Part shown: one piece after another, positions 17,680-33,100 of the stretch
Position numbering within the stretch: the first letter of the stretch is position 1
How the letters are laid out: every line of letters starts with the position of its first letter
NCBI GenBank assembly: GCA_002686655.1
Contig: NYYE01000011.1
Location: 1-45,607, forward strand
From: Crocinitomicaceae bacterium
Lineage (GTDB): Bacteria; Bacteroidota; Bacteroidia; Flavobacteriales_D; Parvicellaceae
Direction: 5' to 3'
DNA length: 45,607 nucleotides
Translations under genes and position numbers: made by a program
Notes under the pieces: model-generated
The model's input: only the letters and a program-made list of their open reading frames with translations
Databases searched by the model: none
Told to the model about the DNA's origin: nothing

Positions 17680-17707
17680 GTTTCTTTAATTTGGTAACTT
17701 ACATTTG
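17678..17707 (+). promoter_or_regulatory. Candidate sigma-A promoter for purK-purE: TTG-N19-TACATTTG
   Basis: TTG at 17678-17680, a 19-nt spacer, then TAcaTTTG at 17700-17707. The box ends 21 nt before the purK ATG (17729). This matches the Bacteroidota -33/-7 consensus. Confidence 0.45.
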
Positions 17708-17728
17708 TAAATTATATGATATAAATAA

Positions 17729-18892
17729 ATGAGTAACAAAAAATTTTTTAGTTCAAATTTTAAACTAGGAATTCTGGGAGGCGGCCAACTAGGTAAAATG
17801 TTACTTCAGGATTGTATTCGTTACGATATATATACTAAGGTTATGGATCCAAATAAAGAAGCTCCTTGCCAAAGAATTTGTAATGAGTTTACAATAGGAA
17901 ACTTAACTAATTATGAGGATGTTGTATCTTTTTGTGAAGATGTAGATGTTGTAACTGTTGAAATTGAAAATGTAAACACCGATGCTTTAGAATTTTTAGA
18001 AAAAAATGGTAAAAAAGTTTTCCCATCATCAAAAACCTTAAGAATAATACAAGATAAATCAAAGCAAAAAGATTTTTATATAGAACATGATTTACCGACA
18101 TCTAGCTATAAAAATTATGATAGTTTAAGTGATGTAATTAAAGATTTTAATGAAGGGAAAATAACGCTTCCAAAAGTATGGAAAAGTGCAAAATTTGGTT
18201 ATGATGGTAAAGGAGTAAAAATAATCCATAATTCAGATGACCTCCAAAATCTTCCTGACTTACCATGCCTTATTGAAGAAAAAGTTAAGATTAAAAAAGA
18301 AGTTTCAGTAATTGTCGCAAGGAATCAGAATAAAGAAGAAATATGTTTCCCCGCTGTTGAAATGGAATTTAATGATTATTCAAATTTAGTAGAATACATT
18401 ATTTGTCCTGCGAATATTACAAAGAAATTAGAAGAAAAAGCATATAATATAGCAATTAAAACTGCTAAAAGTTTTAATAGTATTGGTCTTCTTGCTGTAG
18501 AGCTTTTTATAACTGAAAATAATGAGATACTTATTAACGAAGTTGCTCCAAGACCTCATAATTCTGGTCACCATACCATTGAGTGCTGTTTAACTTCTCA
18601 ATTTGACCAACACATTAGGGCTATTTTAAATTTACCGCTAGGTAATACATCCTTAAAAAGACCTGGAATAATGGTGAATTTGATAGGAGAAAATGAATTT
18701 GAAGGAAATGTGGTTTATGAAAATATTGGGAAAATTCTTGAAATTCCGGGAGTTTCTGCTCACTTTTATGGCAAGAAAAAATCTAGATTAAATCGTAAAA
18801 TGGGACACGTCACCATTGTCAATAAAGACATTAATGAAGCTAAAATAATTGGCAAAGAAGTAAAGAAATTAATTAAAGTAACTGCAGAATAA
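17729..18892 (+). CDS. purK: 5-(carboxyamino)imidazole ribonucleotide synthase
   Basis: '[11 protein letters not shown]' and an ATP-grasp body with '...[11 protein letters not shown]'. Length 387 aa. Confidence 0.9.
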   Translation: MSNKKFFSSNFKLGILGGGQLGKMLLQDCIRYDIYTKVMDPNKEAPCQRICNEFTIGNLTNYEDVVSFCEDVDVVTVEIENVNTDALEFLEKNGKKVFPSSKTLRIIQDKSKQKDFYIEHDLPTSSYKNYDSLSDVIKDFNEGKITLPKVWKSAKFGYDGKGVKIIHNSDDLQNLPDLPCLIEEKVKIKKEVSVIVARNQNKEEICFPAVEMEFNDYSNLVEYIICPANITKKLEEKAYNIAIKTAKSFNSIGLLAVELFITENNEILINEVAPRPHNSGHHTIECCLTSQFDQHIRAILNLPLGNTSLKRPGIMVNLIGENEFEGNVVYENIGKILEIPGVSAHFYGKKKSRLNRKMGHVTIVNKDINEAKIIGKEVKKLIKVTAE

Positions 18893-19374
18893 TGAAAAAA
18901 GTTGGAATAATAATGGGAAGCAAAAGTGATTTACCTATTATGCAAAAAGCAATAGATATTTTAAATCAATTTGGTATTGATACTGATATAAAAATTGTAT
19001 CTGCTCACAGAACTCCTGAAATAATGTTTGACTACGCAAAAAATGCTAGAGAAAGAGGGCTTAGCTCTATAATAGCTGGAGCTGGTGGTGCAGCTCATTT
19101 GCCAGGAATGATAGCTTCGATAACAACTATACCTGTAATTGGAGTTCCCATTAAGTCAAGAAATTCAATTGATGGTTGGGATTCTATACTTTCTATATTA
19201 CAAATGCCTGAGGGTGTTCCTGTAGCTACTGTAGCTCTGGATGGAGCAGCTAATGCTGGAATTCTTGCTGCGCAAATTATTGCTACTGAAAGTTCCGATA
19301 TTCAAAAAAAAGTTGCTGATTATAAAGAAAATCTAAAAAATAAAGTTGCAAAATCAAACGAAGAGTTAATCTAA
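18892..19374 (+). CDS. purE: N5-CAIR mutase
   Basis: '[11 protein letters not shown]' and '[10 protein letters not shown]'. Length 160 aa. Confidence 0.95.
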   Translation: MKKVGIIMGSKSDLPIMQKAIDILNQFGIDTDIKIVSAHRTPEIMFDYAKNARERGLSSIIAGAGGAAHLPGMIASITTIPVIGVPIKSRNSIDGWDSILSILQMPEGVPVATVALDGAANAGILAAQIIATESSDIQKKVADYKENLKNKVAKSNEELI

Positions 19375-19400
19375 TTCTACAACTTATTTAATAAATTTTA

Positions 19401-20411
19401 ATGATTAAAACAGATATAATAATTATTGGCGCAGGACCTGTAGGACTTTTTACTGTATTTGAAGCAGGCCTACTAAAATTAAAATGTCATCTAATTGATG
19501 CATTACCAATTCCCGGTGGACAATGTGCTGAAATTTATCCCAAGAAACCTATTTACGATATTCCAGGTTATCCAAGTATTCAAGCGGCTGAATTGATTGA
19601 TAAATTAATGTTACAGATAAAGCCATTTAGTCCAGGGTTTACTCTGGGAGAAACTGCAGAAACTTTAGAAAAAAGTTCTGAAGGTCAATTTATTGTTAAA
19701 ACAACTCAAGGAACATCTCATATGGCTCCAGTTGTTGCAATTGCTGGAGGACTTGGTGTTTTTACCCCTAGGAAACCACCTATTGATAACTTATCAGAAT
19801 TTGAAGATCAACATATTCATTACATTATTAAAGAGCCTTCTTTTTTTACAAATAAAAATATTGTGATTTCAGGAGGTGGAGACAGTGCTTTAGACTGGGC
19901 ACTTTTTTTTGCTGAAAATTTTGCTTCAAGCGTTAAACTTATTCATAGGAGTGATAACTTTAGAGCTCATAATGACTCTGTTCAAAAGGCTTTAGATTAT
20001 TCAAAAAAAGGTAAAATAGAAATAATTTTAAATGCAGAAGTAAATAATATAGATAAAAAGAGTGGGCTTTTAGTTATGGGAGTTAAATCAAAAAATAACA
20101 CTACAAAAGTTATTAAATGTGACCATTGGCTTCCACTTTTTGGACTTTCTCCAAAAATAGGTCCAATTGGTAGTTGGGGTTTAGAAATTGAAAAAAATGC
20201 AATAAAAGTCAATAATGCAACAGACTATTCAACAAATGTCAATGGTATATACGCTATTGGCGATGTGAATACCTATCCTGGTAAATTAAAATTAATTTTA
20301 TGCGGATTTCATGAAGCTGCCATAATGGTACAATCAGCTTTTAAAAGAATTCATCCTAATAAAAATAATGTTCTAAAATATACTACAGTGACTGGAATTA
20401 AAGGGTTTTAA
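19401..20411 (+). CDS. Ferredoxin-NADP+ reductase, thioredoxin-reductase-like type (YumC/Chlorobium FNR family)
   Basis: 'IIIIGAGPVGLF' and 'ISGGGDSALDW', with no TrxR CxxC redox pair. Length 336 aa. Confidence 0.8.
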   Translation: MIKTDIIIIGAGPVGLFTVFEAGLLKLKCHLIDALPIPGGQCAEIYPKKPIYDIPGYPSIQAAELIDKLMLQIKPFSPGFTLGETAETLEKSSEGQFIVKTTQGTSHMAPVVAIAGGLGVFTPRKPPIDNLSEFEDQHIHYIIKEPSFFTNKNIVISGGGDSALDWALFFAENFASSVKLIHRSDNFRAHNDSVQKALDYSKKGKIEIILNAEVNNIDKKSGLLVMGVKSKNNTTKVIKCDHWLPLFGLSPKIGPIGSWGLEIEKNAIKVNNATDYSTNVNGIYAIGDVNTYPGKLKLILCGFHEAAIMVQSAFKRIHPNKNNVLKYTTVTGIKGF

Positions 20412-20729
20412 ATGGAAATTAAAGTAACAGTTTTAGATAGAAGAGGAAATAAGAAAATAATTTCTGGACCCACAGACATAAATCTTAATTTAATGGAACT
20501 TCTTAAAATTCATGAATATCCAGTGGAGGGAACATGTGGAGGAATGGCTTTATGTGCATCTTGTCATGTTTATATTAACTCTGCAAATTCTTTACCAGAA
20601 ATATCACCCTCAGAAAAAGCAATGCTTGATGATAATTGGGACACAAAATCAAATAGTAGATTAGCATGTCAAATTGGAATTAATAAAGACATTCATCTTT
20701 TAGATATTGAGATCGCTCCAGAATCTTGA
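20412..20729 (+). CDS. [2Fe-2S] ferredoxin, adrenodoxin/putidaredoxin type
   Basis: Cluster ligands 'CGGMALCASCH ... RLACQ'. Its start codon immediately follows the FNR stop. Confidence 0.85.
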   Translation: MEIKVTVLDRRGNKKIISGPTDINLNLMELLKIHEYPVEGTCGGMALCASCHVYINSANSLPEISPSEKAMLDDNWDTKSNSRLACQIGINKDIHLLDIEIAPES

Positions 20730-20731
20730 GT

Positions 20732-21511
20732 CTAGTTTTTTAAATTCTCAGGAATTTTGCAGACAGGAATTGATTGCATTTTATGTCCGTTTACAGAATG
20801 ATAATGATTATAAATTTCTAAAACTTTAATTTGCCTATCGCTTAAAGTTTCTTTATCTGAATTATCTAAATATTTCATAGCCCACTCTAACTCATCATAA
20901 GATGCGCCTAACTGATCTTCATCTGTTCTATCGTCATCCCATAAGCCATCAGTGGGCAGAGCATTTTGAATGCTATTAATAATATCTAAATGTTTAGCTA
21001 TTTGGAAAACTTCAGATTTATATAAATCAGCTATTGGAGAAATATCTACACCACCATCTCCGTATTTAGTATAAAATCCTACCCCGAAATCTTCAACTTT
21101 ATTTCCTGTTCCAGCTACTAAATATTTTTTATTAGAGGCAAATAAATAAAGATTAGACATTCTAATTCTGGAGCGTAAGTTAGCCATTGATAAATCGTCT
21201 TGAACTTCTAATGGAAGATTTTTAGAATAAGAATTAAAAATTTCAGTTAAGTCAACTTCTTGACCTTTTACATTAGAAAAATTATTCTCTAACCAGTTAA
21301 TATGTTCCATACTTCTTTTAAACTGGCTAGAATTCTGATGAATTGGCATGTTTAAAACGAGAGTTGGAGCCCCAGTTTTAGCACATAAAGTTGAAGTAAC
21401 TGCAGAATCAATACCACCTGAAACTCCGATAACAAATCCATTTAAACCAGATTTTTCTAGGTATTTATGTAGCCAGTTGACAATAAATATTTCAGTTTTT
21501 GTAACGTTCAC
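20732..21511 (-). CDS. nadE: NH3-dependent NAD+ synthetase
   Basis: PP-loop 'GVSGGIDSAV'. Length 259 aa. Confidence 0.9.
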   Translation of the reverse strand: MNVTKTEIFIVNWLHKYLEKSGLNGFVIGVSGGIDSAVTSTLCAKTGAPTLVLNMPIHQNSSQFKRSMEHINWLENNFSNVKGQEVDLTEIFNSYSKNLPLEVQDDLSMANLRSRIRMSNLYLFASNKKYLVAGTGNKVEDFGVGFYTKYGDGGVDISPIADLYKSEVFQIAKHLDIINSIQNALPTDGLWDDDRTDEDQLGASYDELEWAMKYLDNSDKETLSDRQIKVLEIYNHYHSVNGHKMQSIPVCKIPENLKN

Positions 21512-21562
21512 TATGTAAAAATAATAGCCTTATAGAATGAACAAAAAAATGTTGAATAACTA

Positions 21563-22432
21563 TTAGAAAAGAATACCAAAAGATAAAACAATATTTCCTG
21601 GAAATGCTTTAGCATTTACAGCATTAAAAACTCCTTTGGATATTTCTTCTCTTAAAAAGGATTCATTTTCAGGTCTAGTCAATAGATTATTAATAAAATA
21701 GTTCCAATTAAGTTGGAAAAATAAGGATGTGTTTCCAGAAAGATTATATTCAGCACCTGCACCTAAATTCAATCCAAAACGAATAGGCTGAGTTGATTTA
21801 TCAGCATTTATATCAAGAATGTATAGTTTTTGGTTAAGATTTAAAGAATTTGAGAAAGTAGAGTCTGATGAATTATAATTTAATGGTTTTATTTCATCGT
21901 CTACTAAAGCTTTAGTTTTAAAACCTAATGTAGCTCCAAATTCGCCATAATAAGTGAAGTACCCAATTTCGTTAGTTTTTAACTTTAAGATTATAGGAAT
22001 ATTAACATAATTTACTTTGTACTTCCTATTATATAGCTGATATAAATCACCATCTGGAGGAGTATTACCATTCCAAGTAACATAATTTTCAGATGCATCG
22101 AGAACGTAATAGGTCTCATTAGATAGGGTTAAATCAGAATTATAATAATTTAAACCAGCTTTAAAAGTAGATAGATTAATTCCTGTTCTTAGAGTTGTAT
22201 TATAATTAAAATTTATTTCCATATCAAAGCCCCATCCATATCCCAAGCCTAAAGATCCTCGAGAATATTTTTTTTGTTGTTCTGGGGAAAGCCACCCTAA
22301 AGACCCTTGGGCGTACAGTCCAAATCTAAGCTTTCTAAGCTCTGTCTGTTGAACTATTGGATCATTGTTTTTTGATTGTCCTAATGTAAATAGGGGCAAA
22401 GAGGATAAAATAAAGATTAAAAACTTATTCAT
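21563..22432 (-). CDS. Hypothetical outer-membrane beta-barrel protein
   Basis: Signal peptide from the internal ATG at 22432 ('MNKFLIFILSSLPLFTLGQ'). The body has an alternating aromatic/Gly-rich beta pattern, and the C-terminus is '...VLSFGILF'. Confidence 0.5.
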   Translation of the reverse strand: MNKFLIFILSSLPLFTLGQSKNNDPIVQQTELRKLRFGLYAQGSLGWLSPEQQKKYSRGSLGLGYGWGFDMEINFNYNTTLRTGINLSTFKAGLNYYNSDLTLSNETYYVLDASENYVTWNGNTPPDGDLYQLYNRKYKVNYVNIPIILKLKTNEIGYFTYYGEFGATLGFKTKALVDDEIKPLNYNSSDSTFSNSLNLNQKLYILDINADKSTQPIRFGLNLGAGAEYNLSGNTSLFFQLNWNYFINNLLTRPENESFLREEISKGVFNAVNAKAFPGNIVLSFGILF

Positions 22433-22478
22433 TGAGTTATATTTATACAAACATAAAATTTTTTTAACGAACAAATTT

Positions 22479-22486
22479 TACTTTTG
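22479..22486 (+). promoter_or_regulatory. TAnnTTTG -7 box (TACTTTTG) just upstream of gldB
   Basis: Read directly. It lies only 8 nt before the TTG start at 22495, which implies a near-leaderless mRNA. No clear -33 TTG is seen. Confidence 0.3.
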
Positions 22487-22494
22487 TACAAGCT

Positions 22495-23514
22495 TTGAAA
22501 AAAACAATTAAATATTGCCGAATAATTACACTATTTGTTGTATTAATTTCATGTCAAACCAATAATAAAGAAATTAAAATTAATGGAAGCATAGAAAATT
22601 TTGAAGTTGTTAGGTTAGATCAGGTATTATCAAAAAATATTGATGAGATTCACAAAGTGTATCTTAATTACCCTGAACTTTACAAAAACTTTTTTACTAA
22701 TATGATAAGGGCAGGTAAAAAAGAAGAAATTTTAAAATCAAAATTATCAAAAGAAACTACTAATAAATTACAGTTATTTATCAATGACAGTATTATATCA
22801 GATATTCTTAAAGAAATAGAATTAGAATTCCCTGATTTTGAATATTATAATAAAGAAATATCTAAAGGATTAAATAGATATGAATCATTATTTGGTTTCT
22901 CTTACCCTAAAAAAGAAATCGGTACTTTTTTTTCTTTATTCAATGCAGATGTTCATGAGTTTGATTCTATTATTTGGATAGGTCTTGATATGTATCTAGG
23001 ACCAAAAAATAAGATTACTAAACTTATTCCAACTGAATCACTTCCTCAATATGTGAAAAATAAAATGGATAAAAAATATATAGTTTCTGATGTTATGTTT
23101 GGATATTTAATGACACATAATCCTCAATATATGGGTGATGATTTCCTAAGCAAATTACTTTCTTATGGGAAAACTGCCTACTTAATGAATCTTTTACTTC
23201 CTGATGAAGATCCAGAAAATAAATTTAGATATAATAAAAGTGAATTAAAATGGTGTGAGGAAAATGAAAAATATATATGGCAATATATTATCGATCAAGA
23301 AATTTTATATGAAAAAGATTTTAATAAAATAAGTTACTTTTTCAATCCTGGACCCTACACTAAAAATTTTGGTAAAGATTCTCCTGCATACATTGGGATT
23401 TGGCTAGGTTATCGAATTATTCAAGATTATGCTAAAAAAACTAATCTTGATATAATTGAAATTTTAAATGAGAAAAACAGTCAAAAAATATTAAGTACTT
23501 ATGAGCCAGAATAA
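22495..23514 (+). CDS. gldB: Gliding-motility lipoprotein GldB
   Basis: Lipobox 'VLISC'. About 340 aa, with '...VVRLDQ...YPELYKNFF' resembling the F. johnsoniae GldB N-terminus as I recall it. It is followed by a gldC-like gene. Confidence 0.7.
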   Translation: MKKTIKYCRIITLFVVLISCQTNNKEIKINGSIENFEVVRLDQVLSKNIDEIHKVYLNYPELYKNFFTNMIRAGKKEEILKSKLSKETTNKLQLFINDSIISDILKEIELEFPDFEYYNKEISKGLNRYESLFGFSYPKKEIGTFFSLFNADVHEFDSIIWIGLDMYLGPKNKITKLIPTESLPQYVKNKMDKKYIVSDVMFGYLMTHNPQYMGDDFLSKLLSYGKTAYLMNLLLPDEDPENKFRYNKSELKWCEENEKYIWQYIIDQEILYEKDFNKISYFFNPGPYTKNFGKDSPAYIGIWLGYRIIQDYAKKTNLDIIEILNEKNSQKILSTYEPE

Positions 23515-23878
23515 ATCCCTTAAAAAAGAAAAATTTTCTATTGATGTATTAATGGATGAGAATTTAATACCTGAGGATCTTCAGTGGAATTCCTCTCAAG
23601 GAAAAGGACAAAGTGAAAAAGCTTCAGCTGCATTAATTTATCTTTGGAACGCTCAAAAAAATGAGACCTTTAGTCTTGATTTATGGACCAAAAAAATGTC
23701 TATTGAAGAAATGAATAAAATGATGTTTCAGACAATAATGACTCTAGCTAATAGCTATGAAAAAGCTACAAGTGAAGACCAACTTGCTAATGCGATGAGA
23801 GATTTTGGAGAATTTTTTGGTGAAAAAACAGAAATTTTACCTAAGAGTGGGAAATTTGACGGAAATGGGGAAAGATAA
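23501..23878 (+). CDS. gldC: Gliding-motility protein GldC
   Basis: 125 aa with 'ENLIPEDLQWNS...LDLWTKKMSIEEMN', matching my memory of the GldC family. It is immediately downstream of gldB, as in F. johnsoniae. Confidence 0.65.
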   Translation: MSQNKSLKKEKFSIDVLMDENLIPEDLQWNSSQGKGQSEKASAALIYLWNAQKNETFSLDLWTKKMSIEEMNKMMFQTIMTLANSYEKATSEDQLANAMRDFGEFFGEKTEILPKSGKFDGNGER

Positions 23879-24549
23879 GTTAAAAAGATTCTCTCAATTA
23901 AAAACATTTAAAAATGTTATCCAGCCCCAAACTAATTATTTATCGGAAGATGACCCTGTAAAAGGAAATTGGTATAATATTTTTGGAAATAGAAACCCAA
24001 TAATTATAGAACTTGGATGCGGAGCAGGAGAATACACTATTGGTTTAGCAAGAATTTTTCCAAATACCAATTTTATAGGGATTGATATTAAAGGAGCTAG
24101 ACTATGGAAAGGAGCTAAAATAGCAATAGATGAAAAATTACTCAACGTTCGATTTCTTAGGACTAAGATAGATTTTATAAATAAATTTTTTGCCAGAAAT
24201 GAAATTGATGAAATTTGGTTAACATTTTCAGATCCTCAGCCAAAAAAGCCAAGAAAAAGGTTGACATCAGAATTATTTATTAATAGGTACAGACCAATTT
24301 TAAAAAAAAAAAGGATTTATACATTTGAAAACAGACAGTGATTTACTATATGATTATACGAAAGAAGAAATTTTCATTCATAATTATTATTTAATAAAAG
24401 ACATAGAAAATATTTACAACCATACATTTAAAAATAACGCTCTACTAAAAGAAATACTTTACTTTAAAACGTTTTACGAAAAAAAGTGGATTCAAATGGG
24501 AAAATCAATCAAATATCTTTCTTTCCAATTAGGATCTAAAGAAGATTGA
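23865..24549 (+). pseudogene. trmB: tRNA (guanine46-N7)-methyltransferase TrmB, split by a +1 frameshift in an A11 run (24302-24312)
   Basis: The N-terminal part reads 'MGKDKLKRFSQLKTF...IIELGCGAGEYT...WLTFSDPQPKK' and ends 'ILKKKRIYTFENRQ*'. Removing one A gives 'ILKKKGFIHLKTDSDLLYDY...', which continues into ORF 24325..24549. The restored protein is 227 aa. The split may be a sequencing error rather than a true pseudogene. Confidence 0.8.
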
Positions 24550-24572
24550 TACAATATTATTAAATTCAAACT

Positions 24573-25385
24573 ATGAAATATTTTTTCATAATTGCTCCAT
24601 TCTTGTTATGTGATATATCCTTACAAGCACAATTATTTCAAGATGCTGGAGCCATTAGCACTTCAATGGCGGGATTAAACGCGAATAATAATAATGTTTG
24701 GAGTGTAAATAATAATATTGGTCAACTTTCAAAAATTGAATATGCCACAATCAGTATTAGTAGCTTTCAACCTTTTTTAATCAAAGATTTCTCCACTTCA
24801 AATATTGTTTTAGGAATGCCAGTTAATGAAGGCGCCTTAGGTTTTAACTACTCAAATTCTGGAAATAAACATCTTCAAATGCATAATTTAGGAATTGGAT
24901 ATTCAAAAAAAATGGGGAGTAATTTTCATAGTGGAATAAAAGTTAACTATTCCATTATTAATGCTGGAGATTTTTACAATAAACGTTCCGTTTTGAATGC
25001 TGATTTAGGAATGTCTGCAGCTCTTTCAAAGGAACTTGAATTAGGAGTAATTATAAAAAATGCAACTTTATCTAAAATAGCTGAATATAATAATGAAAGA
25101 TTGACAACTAATTTTCAAATAGGAGCTAGTTACCATTTTTCAAAAGATTTAATCGTGCAAACTGGATTAGAAAAAAACATTAACTATCCAGCTTCATTCT
25201 TGGCAGCTATTAATTATAAACCAAATGAAAAAATAATTATCAATGGAGGGATAGCATCAAATCCAAGTCTAGCTGCTTTTGGAATAAGTCTAATTCAAAA
25301 AAAGTTTACTTTAAGTTTTGCTACCCAAATTCATCAATATCTTGGATGGAGCCCAGATATATCTATCATTTATCAATTTAAATAA
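24573..25385 (+). CDS. Hypothetical outer-membrane beta-barrel-like protein
   Basis: Signal peptide '...LLCDISLQAQ'. The protein is Gly/Asn/Ser-rich with an alternating beta pattern. It lies 3 nt upstream of the HhH-barrel gene. Confidence 0.45.
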   Translation: MKYFFIIAPFLLCDISLQAQLFQDAGAISTSMAGLNANNNNVWSVNNNIGQLSKIEYATISISSFQPFLIKDFSTSNIVLGMPVNEGALGFNYSNSGNKHLQMHNLGIGYSKKMGSNFHSGIKVNYSIINAGDFYNKRSVLNADLGMSAALSKELELGVIIKNATLSKIAEYNNERLTTNFQIGASYHFSKDLIVQTGLEKNINYPASFLAAINYKPNEKIIINGGIASNPSLAAFGISLIQKKFTLSFATQIHQYLGWSPDISIIYQFK

Positions 25386-25388
25386 TTA

Positions 25389-29800
<4,412 letters not shown>

Positions 29801-29833
29801 TTAAAAAACGAAAACAAAGAAACAACAAAACAT

Positions 29834-31895
<2,062 letters not shown>

Positions 31896-31908
31896 TTAAA
31901 AAAAAGTA

Positions 31909-33009
31909 TTAATTATTATTTTTAATGTTATCTAAAAATTGATCAAATAAATATCTTGAATCATTAGGACCTGGTGAAGATTCGGGATGATATTGTACAG
32001 AAAAAGCTTTCTTACCAATAATTGAAATTCCAGCTACTGTATGATCATTTAAATGTAAATGTGTTAACTCTATACCTGCGTGATTATCAACGTCTTCTTT
32101 TCTAACAACAAAACCATGATTTTGTGAAGTTACTTCACACTTATTAGTAATTAAATTTTTAATAGGATGATTGATTCCTCGATGACCATTATGCATTTTC
32201 TCTGTAGAAAGCCCCTGAGAAAGTGCTAATATTTGATGCCCCAGACAAATTCCAAAAATTGGATAATTTAATTCAACTAATTCTTTTACAACTTTAATAG
32301 AATCTTTTAGTGGTTCAGGGTCTCCTGGGCCATTTGATAGCATAATTCCATCAGGATTATATGATTTAATCTCTTCTAACGAAACATTAAATGGATAAAC
32401 TTTAACCAAGCAATCTCTTTCATTCAAACATCTAATTATATTTTTTTTAACACCAAAATCAATTAAAGCTACTTTATACTTCCCTTTTCCAGACTCGTAA
32501 GGGTTAGTAGTAGAAACTTTTGATGCTAATTCTAGTCCCTTCATTTCAGGTGCTTTTTTAAGCAAATCGTTTAATTGTTCTTTAGACGTTCCATCAGATG
32601 AGATTATGGCATTTTGAGCACCATTTTCTCTTATGTGACTTATTAGTGCTCTTGTATCAACATCTTTTATACCAACTACATTGTCTTTTAATAAAAAATC
32701 ATTTAGAAGTTCGTTATCGTCACCATATCTTGAAAAATGATGCGCAAATTTCTTTACTACGAGCCCTTTTATTTGAGAAGAATTGGATTCAATTTCAAAT
32801 TTATTAGCTCCATAATTTCCTATATGAGCATTAGCCATAGTAATTATTTGTCCATGATATGAAGGATCAGTAAAAATTTCTTGGTAACCACTCATTCCAG
32901 TGTTAAAAGCTATTTCTCCTGTTATAGTTCCTATTTTACCACAAGATTTTCCATGAAAGGTAGTTCCATCAGAGAGAACTAAAACTGCATTTATATTTTT
33001 TGAGCTCAC
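31909..33009 (-). CDS. carA: Carbamoyl-phosphate synthase small (glutaminase) subunit
   Basis: GATase catalytic 'GICLGHQ' and 'QYHPE'. Length 366 aa. GTG start. Confidence 0.95.
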   Translation of the reverse strand: MSSKNINAVLVLSDGTTFHGKSCGKIGTITGEIAFNTGMSGYQEIFTDPSYHGQIITMANAHIGNYGANKFEIESNSSQIKGLVVKKFAHHFSRYGDDNELLNDFLLKDNVVGIKDVDTRALISHIRENGAQNAIISSDGTSKEQLNDLLKKAPEMKGLELASKVSTTNPYESGKGKYKVALIDFGVKKNIIRCLNERDCLVKVYPFNVSLEEIKSYNPDGIMLSNGPGDPEPLKDSIKVVKELVELNYPIFGICLGHQILALSQGLSTEKMHNGHRGINHPIKNLITNKCEVTSQNHGFVVRKEDVDNHAGIELTHLHLNDHTVAGISIIGKKAFSVQYHPESSPGPNDSRYLFDQFLDNIKNNN

Positions 33010-33056
33010 CTTACAAAAATATATTTTAGATTAAAACTTTCACTATTTTTTTTTGT

Positions 33057-33086
33057 AAAAAAAAAGGTAGTTATTAACTACCTTTT
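33057..33086 (-). terminator. Rho-independent terminator after rplQ (end of the alpha operon)
   Basis: Stem ggtagtt (33066-33072) / aactacc (33076-33082) with a 3-nt loop. On the minus-strand transcript it is followed by a run of 9 U (plus-strand A9 at 33057-33065). It lies 15 nt past the rplQ stop. Confidence 0.55.
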
Positions 33087-33100
33087 AAAATTGGATAAAA

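Noticed and set aside
17632-17728. Purine riboswitch upstream of purK
   Set aside because: There are only 97 nt, shared with the hpt promoter. I could not trace a three-way-junction-like complementary segment, and the -7 box sits just 21 nt before the ATG.
23805-23864. Track start at 23805 for the trmB N-terminal ORF ('MENFLVKKQKFYLRVGNLTE...')
   Set aside because: These 20 codons overlap the gldC coding end. The TrmB family N-terminus 'MGKxKLxxF' begins at the ATG at 23865.
17907-24145. Minus-strand ORFs 17907..18101, 19997..20212 and 23936..24145
   Set aside because: They are antisense to purK, FNR and trmB respectively. The translations look like chance ORFs in AT-rich DNA.
33014-33021. 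TAnnTTTG-like box (minus strand TATTTTTG) as the carA promoter
   Set aside because: It lies only 4 nt from the GTG start and has no -33 TTG at the expected spacing. It is probably a chance match in AT-rich DNA, so I did not call it as a feature.
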